Part shown: positions 1-10,191 of the stretch, piece by piece
Layout: each line of letters begins with the position of its first letter
Position numbering within the stretch: the stretch's first letter is position 1
Assembly: GCA_043819555.1 (NCBI GenBank)
Contig: JBDREQ010000025.1
Span: 64,001-128,000 of the forward strand
Source: Candidatus Zixiibacteriota bacterium
Lineage (GTDB): Bacteria > Zixibacteria > MSB-5A5 > GN15 > JAAZOE01
Direction: 5' to 3'
DNA length: 64,000 bases
Notes under the pieces: generated by a model
The model's database searches: none
What the model saw: the letters and a program-made list of their open reading frames with translations, nothing else
Told to the model about the DNA's origin: nothing
Program-made: the position numbers and the translations under genes

Positions 1-473
1 CATTGGGATTGTGCGTTCGAGCGGTTGGGCATGGGAACAAAATCGGCATTATTCAGTTTATCAAAAGTGATTGGGAATATGGAGAGTTGAAAGGATTAAA
101 GCAATTATCACCAGCGATTGACATCCAAACGCTGGGCGCCGGATGTATCGGGATAATGGGCGATGAGAAGCCTTTGGAAGAACATAAAAAGGCGGCGAAT
201 AAGGCGTTGAATGCGGCAATCAAAGTGGTTCAGTCGGAAAAATATAATATATTGATACTGGATGAGATTAATGTGGCAATTAATCTTGGATTAATAACGA
301 CGGATCAGGTTATGGAATTTTTGAAAAATAAACCGGCACATTTGAATATCGTATTGACGGGTCGAAACGCTCCGGCTGAATTAATCGAGGCCGCCGATCT
401 GGTGACTGAAATGAAAGAGATAAAACATCCTTTTCAAAAAGGCATCCCGGCTCGCAAAGGAATTGATTTTTAA
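1..473 (+). CDS. cobO: cob(I)yrinic acid a,c-diamide adenosyltransferase (CobO/BtuR), 5'-truncated by the window edge
   Basis: IIQFIK, ILILDEINVA, VLTGR, ADLVTEM..IKHPF..GI.AR.GIDF family motifs. Confidence 0.93.
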   Translation, partial: LGLCVRAVGHGNKIGIIQFIKSDWEYGELKGLKQLSPAIDIQTLGAGCIGIMGDEKPLEEHKKAANKALNAAIKVVQSEKYNILILDEINVAINLGLITTDQVMEFLKNKPAHLNIVLTGRNAPAELIEAADLVTEMKEIKHPFQKGIPARKGIDF

Positions 474-478
474 TAATT

Positions 479-1402
479 ATGTCAAATGATGATTTCACTC
501 ATAATTCAATTAATACAGTGGCGGTTTTGGGTGGCAGCGGGTTTATCGGTTCACATTTGGTTTTGCAGTTATTACAACTTGGTTATACGCTAAACATCCT
601 ATCCAATAAAACCTTGCCTGATTTGATTTCTCCAAGAGGACGAATTAATATTATCAAGGGAAATATCGAGGATGCCGCTTCGCTTGAGAAGTGTTTGGAT
701 GGTTGCGACGCGGTTTATCATCTGGTCGGAATAATTGCGGAAACAAAAAATAAAACGTTTCATAAAACAGTGGTGATGGGAACGCGGAATGTCATCGAAG
801 CGGCTCAGAAATGCGGCGTGTCAAAAGTATTTTATCTTTCGGCGCTAGGGACGAATGAAAATTCAAATTCACTTTATTTTCAATCCAAATGGGCCGCGGA
901 AAAAATAATTAGAAATTCAGGAATTGATTTTACGATCTTTCGACCATCAATTGTCTATGGACCGGAGGATGAGTTCGTCAATAAAATTGTCAAGCTGATA
1001 AAGTATTCACCGCTTATTCCTGTAATTGGTGACGGATTGTATAAATTGCAGCCGGTGTATGTTGATGAACTTTGCGCCGTCATGGCGCTATCGAGCCAAC
1101 GCGATTTTACAACGGGCAAGACTTATGAAATCGGCGGACCACAGCAGTTGACATATCTGGAAATTCTTGATATAATCAAAAACACTCTGGGCATAAAAAA
1201 ATATAATATTCATCTGCCAATTGGGCTGGTCAGAGTCGTTGCCAGAGTGCTGGAAAAAATAATGAAACCGGCGCCGATAACGATTGATCAATTAAATATG
1301 ATGGCGGCCGGTTCGATATGTGATCAGACAATCGTTGAGAACGAGTTTGGAGCGAAGTTTTCATCAATGGAATCACAGTTACCCGGTTATTTGAGGAGAT
1401 AA
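479..1402 (+). CDS. NAD-dependent epimerase/dehydratase, NDUFA9-like atypical SDR
   Basis: GGSGFIG Rossmann motif, HLVGII, YxxSK, RPSIVYG, QPVYVD, EIGGP. Confidence 0.85.
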   Translation: MSNDDFTHNSINTVAVLGGSGFIGSHLVLQLLQLGYTLNILSNKTLPDLISPRGRINIIKGNIEDAASLEKCLDGCDAVYHLVGIIAETKNKTFHKTVVMGTRNVIEAAQKCGVSKVFYLSALGTNENSNSLYFQSKWAAEKIIRNSGIDFTIFRPSIVYGPEDEFVNKIVKLIKYSPLIPVIGDGLYKLQPVYVDELCAVMALSSQRDFTTGKTYEIGGPQQLTYLEILDIIKNTLGIKKYNIHLPIGLVRVVARVLEKIMKPAPITIDQLNMMAAGSICDQTIVENEFGAKFSSMESQLPGYLRR

Positions 1403-1405
1403 ATT

Positions 1406-2341
1406 ATGGCTGAAGAAAAAAATTATGATATCGTAATCGTCGGCGGAGGTCCCGGAGGCATAACTGCCGGACTGTATGGTTCTCGGGCTAATTTGAAAAC
1501 CGTGATGATAGAAAAATATATGCCCGGCGGCCAAATCGCCAATACCGAGGAAGTTGAAGACTATCCCGGATTCGAGCATATCTCCGGAGCTGAGCTGGCT
1601 ATGAAAATGACTGACCACGCCAAAAAATTCGGCCTTGAGGTTTTATCCGATGAAATTGTTGAAATACGTTCCGAGGGTGATTATCGCAAGGTTGCCGTTG
1701 GCGTCAGCGGCGATACCTATGTCGGCAAAGCAATGGTGGTATGCACCGGCGGTACGCCGGTACTACTCAATGTTCCCGGAGAAAAAGAGCTGACCGGTCG
1801 AGGCGTGTCTTACTGCGCCATCTGTGATGGAGCTTTTTTCAAAGAGCAGGTTATTGCGGTTGCCGGCGGGGGAGACGCCGCGGTTGAAGAGGCGATTTTT
1901 TTGACCAAGTTCGGCTCCAAAGTTATTATTATCCATCGCCGTGATAAACTGCGGGCGCAAAAAATTATTCAGGAGCGTGCCTTCAATAATCCCAAAATCG
2001 AATTTATCTGGGATTCGGTCGTGGAGAAAATTAACGGCGAGGCAAAGATCGAATCATTATCTTTAAAGAATGTAAAAACCGGTGAGATTTCGACGCTTGA
2101 TGTCGGAGCCTGTTTCGTATTTATTGGATTTAAACCAAATACAAGTATTCTCCCTGATGATATCAAGATGAATGAACAGGGTTATGTAATTACAGATTAT
2201 AAAATGGAAACTTCGGTACCGGGCATATACGTCTGCGGTGATATTCGGGTGCAGTTAGTACGCCAGATTACCAATGCTGTCGGCGATGGCACGACCGCGG
2301 CGATGGCTGCTGTTTACCGAATCGAGGAGATGGAAGGATAG
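1406..2341 (+). CDS. trxB: thioredoxin-disulfide reductase
   Basis: GGGPGG FAD motif, GVSYCAICDG redox motif, GGGDAA, HRRD, GD..RQI.NAVGDG. Confidence 0.96.
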   Translation: MAEEKNYDIVIVGGGPGGITAGLYGSRANLKTVMIEKYMPGGQIANTEEVEDYPGFEHISGAELAMKMTDHAKKFGLEVLSDEIVEIRSEGDYRKVAVGVSGDTYVGKAMVVCTGGTPVLLNVPGEKELTGRGVSYCAICDGAFFKEQVIAVAGGGDAAVEEAIFLTKFGSKVIIIHRRDKLRAQKIIQERAFNNPKIEFIWDSVVEKINGEAKIESLSLKNVKTGEISTLDVGACFVFIGFKPNTSILPDDIKMNEQGYVITDYKMETSVPGIYVCGDIRVQLVRQITNAVGDGTTAAMAAVYRIEEMEG

Positions 2342-2411
2342 ATATTCTCCGATTTATCATTACGGCTCTTGCGTTGGAATCAAACGGAACAATTTCTCAC
2401 GCCACTCAATC

Positions 2412-2499
2412 TTGTCATGCCAGACGCCAATCAGTTCTTCATACGCTGTATGGATTCCAGCTTGCGTTTTGCTACCGCCGAAACTTGCTGGAATGACAA
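2412..2499. repeat. REP-like palindromic element (GTCAT...ATGAC type)
   Basis: Ends TTGTCATGCCAG / CTGGAATGACAA are inverted with 1 mismatch; internal ATTCCAGC/GCTGGAAT; 16/17 match to the element at 47974-47990. Confidence 0.7.
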
Positions 2500-2523
2500 A
2501 TTAAGATTTCTCCAATAAGGCTA

Positions 2524-2543
2524 TTCCCCTCTTGAGAGGGGAA
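2524..2543. repeat. CCCCTCT/AGAGGGG palindrome (REP-like or bidirectional terminator)
   Basis: TTCCCCTCT-TG-AGAGGGGAA between convergent genes; 12 nt recur in reverse complement at 45869-45880. Confidence 0.6.
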
Positions 2544-2555
2544 CAAACCAAAACG

Positions 2556-4175
2556 CTATTTTAGCAATATCATCTTCTTTGTCTCGGAATAATTGCCGGA
2601 AGTGATTTGATAGAAATAGATTCCTGTCGCGGTAGGGTTGCCGTTTTGATCTTTGCCGTCCCAGCTGACCTGGTGCATTCCCGCCGTTAAATGCGTTTCC
2701 AGCAAAACGGTAATCAACTCTCCAAGTAAATTATATATCGTTATCTCTGTGTATTCAGATTGGGGAAGAGTAAACTCGATAATCGTTCCCGAATTAAATG
2801 GGTTTGGGAAATTTTGCTTAAGCTCAAAGTTTTCGGGAAGGTTCGGTAAGTCATCATCTATAGCTAACGGGTCTTGCCATCCGGCAACTATAAACATCCG
2901 ACCTTTATTCCAACTGCCATCTTCACTGTAAGCACCGACCAAAACATCATCTATCCCGTCTCCATCTACATCACCAACACGGGAAATGCTATTCCCCAGA
3001 TTCAACACCGAGCCATTTCGTCCCATCGCAGCCAGTTCCGCTTCAAAATCACTATCGGTGAAAATAACATCAACAACTGTGTCCATTTCAGGACCACAAT
3101 ACATGAATGAAATTCGATTATGGAGGTTAGTCGCATAAACCAGTATTACATCATCCCAACCATCATTGTTTATATCACCAATGTTTTCAATATAGTTTCC
3201 ACTTACCTGGCTACTCACATAAGAATAATCTAACCCATAATCAACCGTCGTATCGAATGGTGATCCCCCAAGATAAACATAATTTCGTCCGCCCTGGCGC
3301 ACCCATAAATCATCAATTCCATCACCGCTAATATCACCCATACAATCTAAATCTGATCCGAATAATTGATCGTCCATCGCTCCCATTCCTGGGGCGTAAA
3401 ATACTAAATCTGGAGATTCAGATATATCCTGTCCACCCCACACTATGCAAACTCGCCCCAACCCACCGATATTTCCATATTTCTCCCCCCATATTATATC
3501 GGGAAATGAATCGCCATTTACATCACAATCACTACATATATATACACTCATCACATATCCCAAACGGGGCGATTCGGTTCTTAAAATACCAAAATCAAAT
3601 AAGTCATCTAATTGACTACATGTTTCAAAACCGTAAATTGTATCATTCTGTGAGCTACTGCCTTCCCAAGGATACACCCAAAATTCATGTATCCCATTTT
3701 TATTATTGTCTGCACTAATAGAGAAGTTAAACATCCAGCTATCTTGTCCCGGTGTTGAATCTGAAAACAGAACCAAATAATCTTCAGTATCAAGGTTTTC
3801 TAATCCAAGACACAACTTTACCGTATCGGAATAATCAAAAACACCTATAAAGTCATTTGTACAATCGCAATCTACATCACCGACATTTACAGGGCCATGA
3901 TACAACGAAGTGTAATTAGTAAATGTAAGAGCTGGGGGATTGTCGAATGGCGCGGGGCCACCATAATACAAATACAAATATCCTGGTGTGCCAACAGTTA
4001 CCAAAAAATCTGCATATCCATCATTATTTATATCGCCCATACCCTCGCAGGCCCGACCGAGTTGATCGCCATAATTAGTTCCCTGCAACTCACCTATCAA
4101 CCTGAGTTCAACAGGCACAGCAAAAGAAGCCAACAATAATACACTAATGAATATCTGAACACAAACTTTCCGCAT
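2556..4175 (-). CDS. secreted FG-GAP/integrin-alpha-repeat protein with T9SS-like/FlgD-Ig C-terminal domain
   Basis: Signal peptide; repeated GDINNDGYADF/GDVDGDGIDD motifs; C-term QNFPNPFN...IYNLLG...GIYFYQI...KKMILLK. Confidence 0.85.
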   Translation of the reverse strand: MRKVCVQIFISVLLLASFAVPVELRLIGELQGTNYGDQLGRACEGMGDINNDGYADFLVTVGTPGYLYLYYGGPAPFDNPPALTFTNYTSLYHGPVNVGDVDCDCTNDFIGVFDYSDTVKLCLGLENLDTEDYLVLFSDSTPGQDSWMFNFSISADNNKNGIHEFWVYPWEGSSSQNDTIYGFETCSQLDDLFDFGILRTESPRLGYVMSVYICSDCDVNGDSFPDIIWGEKYGNIGGLGRVCIVWGGQDISESPDLVFYAPGMGAMDDQLFGSDLDCMGDISGDGIDDLWVRQGGRNYVYLGGSPFDTTVDYGLDYSYVSSQVSGNYIENIGDINNDGWDDVILVYATNLHNRISFMYCGPEMDTVVDVIFTDSDFEAELAAMGRNGSVLNLGNSISRVGDVDGDGIDDVLVGAYSEDGSWNKGRMFIVAGWQDPLAIDDDLPNLPENFELKQNFPNPFNSGTIIEFTLPQSEYTEITIYNLLGELITVLLETHLTAGMHQVSWDGKDQNGNPTATGIYFYQITSGNYSETKKMILLK

Positions 4176-4555
4176 AATCGGCCAATCGCTATATTATTTC
4201 CTTCACTCTCAATATACCACAAATCCCAAATCCGGCAAGAGGGATAATATTGTAAAGTATTGAGCTTTCTATAGAGTTTTTAATTTGGCTAATGATATAT
4301 TGCCGGAATTTTGTGCAGAGAATTGCGGTTTCGATAGATAAATACGCGAAATTACAATAGATGTTCAAGCTATTAGAAAACACCCGATACGGAGTTAAGG
4401 TTCTAACCAAATGCATTTGAAGAGGATATATAAAGATTGTGAATTCATATGGATTTCTGGATAGATTTATCCGGTTTATTTTACATTTGGTCTGATATTT
4501 GCATTAATCCCAATCGAGAACATTGAATATTTGACTCCTGTGACTTGCTCAAGCT

Positions 4556-4622
4556 ATGGGAGTGGTGCGCATCCACATATTCCAAATATGTTTTTGCGGC
4601 TTCCCCCCTCCACCACTCCCAT
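4556..4622. other. structured intergenic element, function unknown
   Basis: Perfect 12-bp stem ATGGGAGTGGTG/CACCACTCCCAT enclosing CGCA/TGCG and ACATAT/ATATGT stems. Confidence 0.5.
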
Positions 4623-4704
4623 TCTCATTATTTTCCCTACATAAAATGTTGATACTGCCGATAATTCAAAGGATTGCTTCTATATATTAACCGCGAGGGT
4701 AAAA

Positions 4705-6642
4705 TTGAAGGTCCCTGGAATTTTATATCGAATTTCGTTTTTGGTTCTGATTAATTCTATATTTATTTTTATCGCCGTCTCATATGTCAGCATAGAAAAT
4801 AATCAAACCAAAATTGACAAACTGGTTTCGTACCGTTTTGATTTCATCAGCGATTATTTTCGCGCGGAGTTGAATGAGGCGCGGCTTGTTCATAATCCCG
4901 ATTCCGGCATCGCCTTAATTGGCAGAACATATCTGGCGGATATATTTGAGCATTCCAGCAAATTTATGCGGGGATTGGGCGGTCTGACGCTCCTTGAGAC
5001 GAATTCCAATGATGCCAAATATAATGTATTGGCCGATTGCTATCGAGATGAATTGAATGATCTCAAAATAAACCTCTCCCAAAAAGTAGATGATGAAATT
5101 GATAAAGATAAATTAACAAAATCAGGAATTCAAATTGGTCCGCGTTATAATTCCGATATCGGGCGGATGTGTACGATTTATATTCCCTGGGAAGAGAATA
5201 ATCCAAACCTGATATTGGCGATAACTTTTATGCCGGAAGAATTTCTCGGCTCAGACTTCGAATATAATTTGACTCTGGTATTGCTGTTTTTGGCCATTAC
5301 GCTGATTAGTCTACTGACGGTCAATTTGCTTTTTAGGGACTTTATAAAGCCGCTTCGAAATTTAATCCGGGGCATGGAAAAAACCGCAAAAGGCGAAGTT
5401 TTGCACCAAATGGAAAAAGTAAGCGATCGGGAGATCGGCCGCGTAACGACAGCTTTTAATACCATGTCATCGTCACTATGGAAACAGCGCAAACGACTTA
5501 AAAGAGCATTTATTGAACTTAAACAGGCGAATAAATCACTTGAAAAATCAGAAGCGTTTTTATCGAAACTAATAACTAATTCACCGTTTGCCATTATAGC
5601 TACGGATAGCGAAAAGAGAATTAAGCTTTTTAATCAGGCCGCTCAGGAAATGTTCTGCTTTTCCAATGAAGCCGTCATTGGGCGGGAATTACTGCAGTTT
5701 TTCCCCTTTGCGCCGGAACGGGTATTTCCGGGTGATAGGCAAGAGACAGGAGTAGTCGAGCGGGAGATGATCTGCCAGAAGGATAATGGTGAGAGTTTTC
5801 CGGTGTTAGTTAACCGTGTAACGATACGGGATGAAAATTCAGAATCGGGCGGGCATCTGTTTATTATTCGTGATATTTCCGAATCCAAAAATTTCCAGGA
5901 AATGTTAATTTCAATTGACCGAATGGCCACCAGCGGCGCAATGGCCGGCGAGATTGCCCATGAGATTAATAATTATCTGGCGATTATTCTTGGTAATGTC
6001 GAGTTGTTGCCGCTGTTATTATCCAAAGGGAAAATGGATAAGGTGGAACAGAAGCTTGGAGTATTGCGGACTACAGTTACCAAAATACAGACCTTCGCGG
6101 AAGGATTGATGGGATACGGAAATGAAGAAGCCGTTTTTACCGCTGAAGATTTAAATCAGTGCATTGAAAACCTGATTGCCTTTTTGAAACCGCAGAATCG
6201 TTATGATGATATATCCTTTAATGTGGATTTGTCTCGCAATTTACCGTTGGTTGAATTTGACGGCAGTCAGATACAGCAGTTGCTTGTAAATCTGCTGAAT
6301 AATGCCGCCGATGCCTTACGGGAAATCACTGACGAAAGAATAATTTCAATTTCTACCGACATCGACAGAGACAATAGCCAGGCCAAAATAAAAATTGCCG
6401 ATAATGCGGGAGGATTACCCGAAGATATAGATGGTTATATCTTTGAAAGACGATATACCGGCAAAAGGCGCGGCCGGGGATTTGGATTGGTTATTGTCAA
6501 ACGTATTATTAATAAGCATAATGGGCATATATCATATCAATCCAAAGTCGGATCGGGTACCAGTTTTGAGATTACAATACCATTGAGCAAGCCGGTAACG
6601 ATTGAAGCGGAAGAATCGACTCGCGAACAAGTTACCACTTGA
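4705..6642 (+). CDS. membrane sensor histidine kinase (periplasmic sensor, HAMP, PAS, HisKA, HATPase)
   Basis: 2 TM segments, HAMP (KPLRNL...EIGRVTTAFN.M), PAS, AHEINNYL H-box, NLLNNA, DNAGG, GRGFGL. Confidence 0.9.
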   Translation: MKVPGILYRISFLVLINSIFIFIAVSYVSIENNQTKIDKLVSYRFDFISDYFRAELNEARLVHNPDSGIALIGRTYLADIFEHSSKFMRGLGGLTLLETNSNDAKYNVLADCYRDELNDLKINLSQKVDDEIDKDKLTKSGIQIGPRYNSDIGRMCTIYIPWEENNPNLILAITFMPEEFLGSDFEYNLTLVLLFLAITLISLLTVNLLFRDFIKPLRNLIRGMEKTAKGEVLHQMEKVSDREIGRVTTAFNTMSSSLWKQRKRLKRAFIELKQANKSLEKSEAFLSKLITNSPFAIIATDSEKRIKLFNQAAQEMFCFSNEAVIGRELLQFFPFAPERVFPGDRQETGVVEREMICQKDNGESFPVLVNRVTIRDENSESGGHLFIIRDISESKNFQEMLISIDRMATSGAMAGEIAHEINNYLAIILGNVELLPLLLSKGKMDKVEQKLGVLRTTVTKIQTFAEGLMGYGNEEAVFTAEDLNQCIENLIAFLKPQNRYDDISFNVDLSRNLPLVEFDGSQIQQLLVNLLNNAADALREITDERIISISTDIDRDNSQAKIKIADNAGGLPEDIDGYIFERRYTGKRRGRGFGLVIVKRIINKHNGHISYQSKVGSGTSFEITIPLSKPVTIEAEESTREQVTT

Positions 6643-6674
6643 CAGTCTAATAGTAATCATCATACTTTGAAGCA

Positions 6675-8720
6675 ATGAAGCCGGTAAAATTATCAGCCTT
6701 TTTGGCGCCAATTCGACTTCGCTATTTGTTTTTGGTGACGATGGCATTGGCGGTGATTTTTTTCTCATTAGCATATCTTGGGATTAAAAAAGCCCGACAA
6801 TCTCTGACTAATATTATGGTGACGGAAGGGAAAGCGTTGATTGAATCGCTGACGTTATCGTCCACCAATGCGATTCAATCCGGACTCCTTCTGGAAAGCC
6901 TTTCCGAAGAAAAACTGGTTGAAATAGCGGCCGATGCGCAAACCCAACTTACCGGGATAACGGATTCCGAGAAATTCCGTCTGTTTTGCAAAGATCGGGA
7001 TTTGCTTACTCTTGAAATACTGGATTCATCGCTGGCTGTCATCGGGTCAAATCAGTGGGCTCGCGGGCATATTCCCGATTATCCGAATAAGGTCAAAGCC
7101 GAGATTCTGGAAATACTCCGGTTTAGCGGAGGATATCGCTCTGTCCTAATTTACGGGGAGGATTCGACGGCATCAGTTTCTCAATATTTTGTGTATGAAC
7201 TGGTTCCCACCGATGAAACATCTCCATCGGGAATAATGGTTTTGACGGTTCAGGCAAATTATATTGAACAGATTCTCAGGCAGATCGGAATTGGTTATCT
7301 GATTCAGGAGATTTCCGGTCAGGCCGGAATAGAATATATATTTTTGCAGAGCCACGATGGCATAATATTCTCATCACAAGGATTACCTCCGGTATTGAGC
7401 ATAGACGATGACCCGTTTCTTGCCTCATTGATGCAGGTCGATACTGTCGGCTGGCGCATCAGCCAGTTTGAAGGTTTTGATGTTCTGGAAATTGCCCATC
7501 GCTTTGAGTCCGTTTCTTATCCCCCCGGGATATACCGCATTGGGATGAACCTTGATGAGTTTCATTCCATATCGGCCGGATACGATCGGCAGATTATCAT
7601 CACGGCTATCGTACTGTTTTTGATAACTCTTCTTATTGTCGCCGTGGTATCGATTAATCAAAATTATTTTATTCTCGACAAAACATATCGGCAGATGCAG
7701 TCTCGCACGGAGACGATTTTTGACCAACTGACCAGCGCTGTTTTAGCTTATGACATGAACGGAAGAATTATCGCTGTCAATAACGCCTTTTTTGAAATGA
7801 CCGGAATTGGGTCCAAAAATATTGATGATTCTATCGATGAAATCGTGTCCCGATTACCCTTTGCTTTGCCCCAGGAGTTTTTCTCAGGACAAGCCAGTAT
7901 ATCACAGGAACTGGAGATTAAGACGCCACAAAACCAACTTCGCACAATCCTGCTGGGAGCGACGGAACTTCCAAGTAAGGCGGGCGGAGGCGTGGTAATT
8001 CTGATACATGATATTACCCGGCGCAAGAGGCTCGAAGAAGAAAATCGGCGCCGGGAGAGGCTGGTGGAAATGGGGGATATGGCGGCCGGAGTTGCTCATG
8101 AAATAAGGAATCCTCTAAATGCCATTGGAATCGCCGCGCAGAGACTAAAAATGGAATTTAATCCGCCGGAAGATAACGACGGGTATAATACTCTGACAAA
8201 AAACATTCTTAGTGAAACGGAACGATTGAATCAAATTTTGACCCGGTTTTTGGATTTGGCCCGTTCCAAGGCCATGGAGGATACGCCTGTTGATTTGAAT
8301 GAGGCAATTGAGAGGGGAATAAACAGCGTTGATGATGAAGCCAGGCAAAACGGAATTACGATTAGTTTCCCTGCGGAAAAATCTTTTATGGTGCGCTGCC
8401 AAATTGAAAAATTACAGCAGGTTTTCATAAACCTGATTCGAAACAGCATTCAGGCCATGAAATTTGGAGGAGAGGTAATAATCGACGTTCTCGAAACCGC
8501 CAACGAGGGGGTCGTAATCACTATCTCAGACACCGGGCCGGGATTTGAAGATGAAGTTTTATCCCGGATATTTCAGCCCTATTTTACGACAAAGACGGAT
8601 GGTTCCGGGCTTGGTCTGGCTCTGGCCTATAAGACAATATCCGAATGCGGCGGAACGATTGAGGCGTCAAATCATCCCAACGGCGGAGCAGTAATTAAAA
8701 TAAATCTTCCCATGGCATAA
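6675..8720 (+). CDS. membrane sensor histidine kinase (NtrB/ZraS-like, PAS)
   Basis: 2 TM segments, PAS, AHEIRNPL, NLIRNS, DTGPG, FQPYFTTK, GSGLGL. Confidence 0.92.
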   Translation: MKPVKLSAFLAPIRLRYLFLVTMALAVIFFSLAYLGIKKARQSLTNIMVTEGKALIESLTLSSTNAIQSGLLLESLSEEKLVEIAADAQTQLTGITDSEKFRLFCKDRDLLTLEILDSSLAVIGSNQWARGHIPDYPNKVKAEILEILRFSGGYRSVLIYGEDSTASVSQYFVYELVPTDETSPSGIMVLTVQANYIEQILRQIGIGYLIQEISGQAGIEYIFLQSHDGIIFSSQGLPPVLSIDDDPFLASLMQVDTVGWRISQFEGFDVLEIAHRFESVSYPPGIYRIGMNLDEFHSISAGYDRQIIITAIVLFLITLLIVAVVSINQNYFILDKTYRQMQSRTETIFDQLTSAVLAYDMNGRIIAVNNAFFEMTGIGSKNIDDSIDEIVSRLPFALPQEFFSGQASISQELEIKTPQNQLRTILLGATELPSKAGGGVVILIHDITRRKRLEEENRRRERLVEMGDMAAGVAHEIRNPLNAIGIAAQRLKMEFNPPEDNDGYNTLTKNILSETERLNQILTRFLDLARSKAMEDTPVDLNEAIERGINSVDDEARQNGITISFPAEKSFMVRCQIEKLQQVFINLIRNSIQAMKFGGEVIIDVLETANEGVVITISDTGPGFEDEVLSRIFQPYFTTKTDGSGLGLALAYKTISECGGTIEASNHPNGGAVIKINLPMA

Positions 8721-8774
8721 ATAAATGATCTAAAAAACTCGCATCTTTTAATTTAGCCAAATCCATAAAAATAT

Positions 8775-8820
8775 TTGACAATTGGAACCGATATATGTAC
8801 ATATCGTTATGGATATATAA
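8775..8820 (+). promoter_or_regulatory. sigma70-like promoter overlapped by an imperfect inverted repeat (candidate ArsR operator)
   Basis: TTGACA at 8775; CGATAT-ATGTAC-ATATCG and ATATAT..CATA-TCGT-TATG.ATATAT symmetry. Confidence 0.5.
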
Positions 8821-8848
8821 TGAGGTGGCCTCAATTAGGGTGATTGGT

Positions 8849-9163
8849 ATGATGAATAATAAGCAATACAGTAAGTACTTCAAGGCCTTTGGCGATCCGT
8901 CCCGGCTGAAAATTCTTGGCTTTCTTTCATCGAAGGAAATGACGGTAAACGATATCGTCAAAAAGATGGATTTGTCTCAGCCAACGATCAGCCGCCATCT
9001 GGCGATATTGAGAGAAGCCGAAATAGTCGTCGATCGCCGCGATGGCCAAAAAGTGTACTACAGTATCAATAGAAACTCCATAAGTAAATGCTGCTGCAGT
9101 TTTTGCGATTGCCTGGAAATTCCGGTCGCGGCTGGTGACAGCAAAAAAAGTAAGAATAAGTAA
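8849..9163 (+). CDS. ArsR/SmtB family transcriptional regulator with Cys-rich C-terminus
   Basis: FKAFGDPSRLKIL, SQPTISRHLAILREA, RRDGQKVYY; tail KCCCSFCDC; start moved to ATG 8849. Confidence 0.92.
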   Translation: MMNNKQYSKYFKAFGDPSRLKILGFLSSKEMTVNDIVKKMDLSQPTISRHLAILREAEIVVDRRDGQKVYYSINRNSISKCCCSFCDCLEIPVAAGDSKKSKNK

Positions 9164-9231
9164 AAAAATTTTGAAACAATAATAGACACATGCGCATATA
9201 AAGATATGTAGATACGCAATAAACGAAGGAG

Positions 9232-9447
9232 GTGATTAAGGTGGAAAAAGATTGCTGCCAGGTTAAAGTAACCGAAATTGATAATGGTTATAAAATCGAA
9301 GTGACCGGGGACGATGTCAAAAGCAAGTTTGCCGATTGCTGCGGACCCAAAATGGGCATGATGAAGATAGAAACATCTGAATGTTGCCCGGATGAGTCGA
9401 AAGGAAAAGCGGGGGACTGTTGCCCCAAAGAAAATAAGAACAAATAA
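9232..9447 (+). CDS. small Cys-rich protein with 4 CC pairs, putative metal(loid)-binding
   Basis: AAGGAGG SD next to the GTG starts (9232 or 9241); DCC, DCC, ECC, DCC; directly behind the ArsR gene. Confidence 0.75.
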   Translation: MIKVEKDCCQVKVTEIDNGYKIEVTGDDVKSKFADCCGPKMGMMKIETSECCPDESKGKAGDCCPKENKNK

Positions 9448-9622
9448 AAAAGGGTGTTTTCCGCTTTGTACTTTTTATATAAATCAACTCGAACCAAGGA
9501 GGATATGATGATCCGATTTTAACATTCCGCGAACCGCTCATTGTTGCGAAGGCGCCATGATGGCGTCCCGGGTATGACATAAAACTGCCTGATATATCTT
9601 TAATAATGATTCCTTAATTATT

Positions 9623-9652
9623 AACCCGGCGGGTTTATTAACCAGCCGGGTT
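9623..9652 (+). terminator. probable intrinsic terminator of the arsR unit
   Basis: AACCCGGC...GCCGGGTT stem. Confidence 0.55.
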
Positions 9653-9741
9653 TAAAAATTGCAGTTTTTGGCGAATAAGTATCTTGAGGAAATATCCTGA
9701 ATCGTCAATCCCGCTTGACATAATATAATTCGGAGCATAAT

Positions 9742-10182
9742 TTGGCGTTCATGAAAGAAATTGCCAGATATTCAGGGTGTTTTGTCTGCGGTGAGGGTAA
9801 TCCAATTGGGCTTCAGGCTCGGTTTTACTATGATGGCCGAAAGGCTATAAGCGAAATCACGGCCGATGAGAGATACGCCGGATATAAAAATATAATTCAC
9901 GGCGGCATCCTCGCAACCATGCTCGATGAAATCATGATTAAATCTCTTTTGGCCGAGGATTTATATGTTGTTACGGCCGAGATGACAGTCAGGTTCAAAA
10001 GGCCGGTTTATATCGGTGATAAATTGAGATTTGAGGGATATAAAACCGGAACCAGGGGGCCGGTTTATCTGACTGAGGGAAAAGCGATAAACCAGAACGA
10101 CGATATTATTGCCGAAGCCTCAGGTAAGTATATTGCTCCTAAATCCGAGTTGGCTGATCGGCTTCAGGATTCGGTCGAATAA
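9742..10182 (+). CDS. PaaI family (hotdog fold) thioesterase
   Basis: CFVCG..NPIGL, HGGILATMLDEIM, TAEMTVRFKRP; TTGACA promoter at 9715. Confidence 0.9.
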   Translation: MAFMKEIARYSGCFVCGEGNPIGLQARFYYDGRKAISEITADERYAGYKNIIHGGILATMLDEIMIKSLLAEDLYVVTAEMTVRFKRPVYIGDKLRFEGYKTGTRGPVYLTEGKAINQNDDIIAEASGKYIAPKSELADRLQDSVE

Positions 10183-10191
10183 CCGACACCA

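Noticed and set aside
4565..4600. Minus-strand GCAAA-stem-GGATGC resembling a c-di-GMP-I riboswitch
   Set aside because: No GNRA loop and no second hairpin or receptor; kept only as an unknown structure
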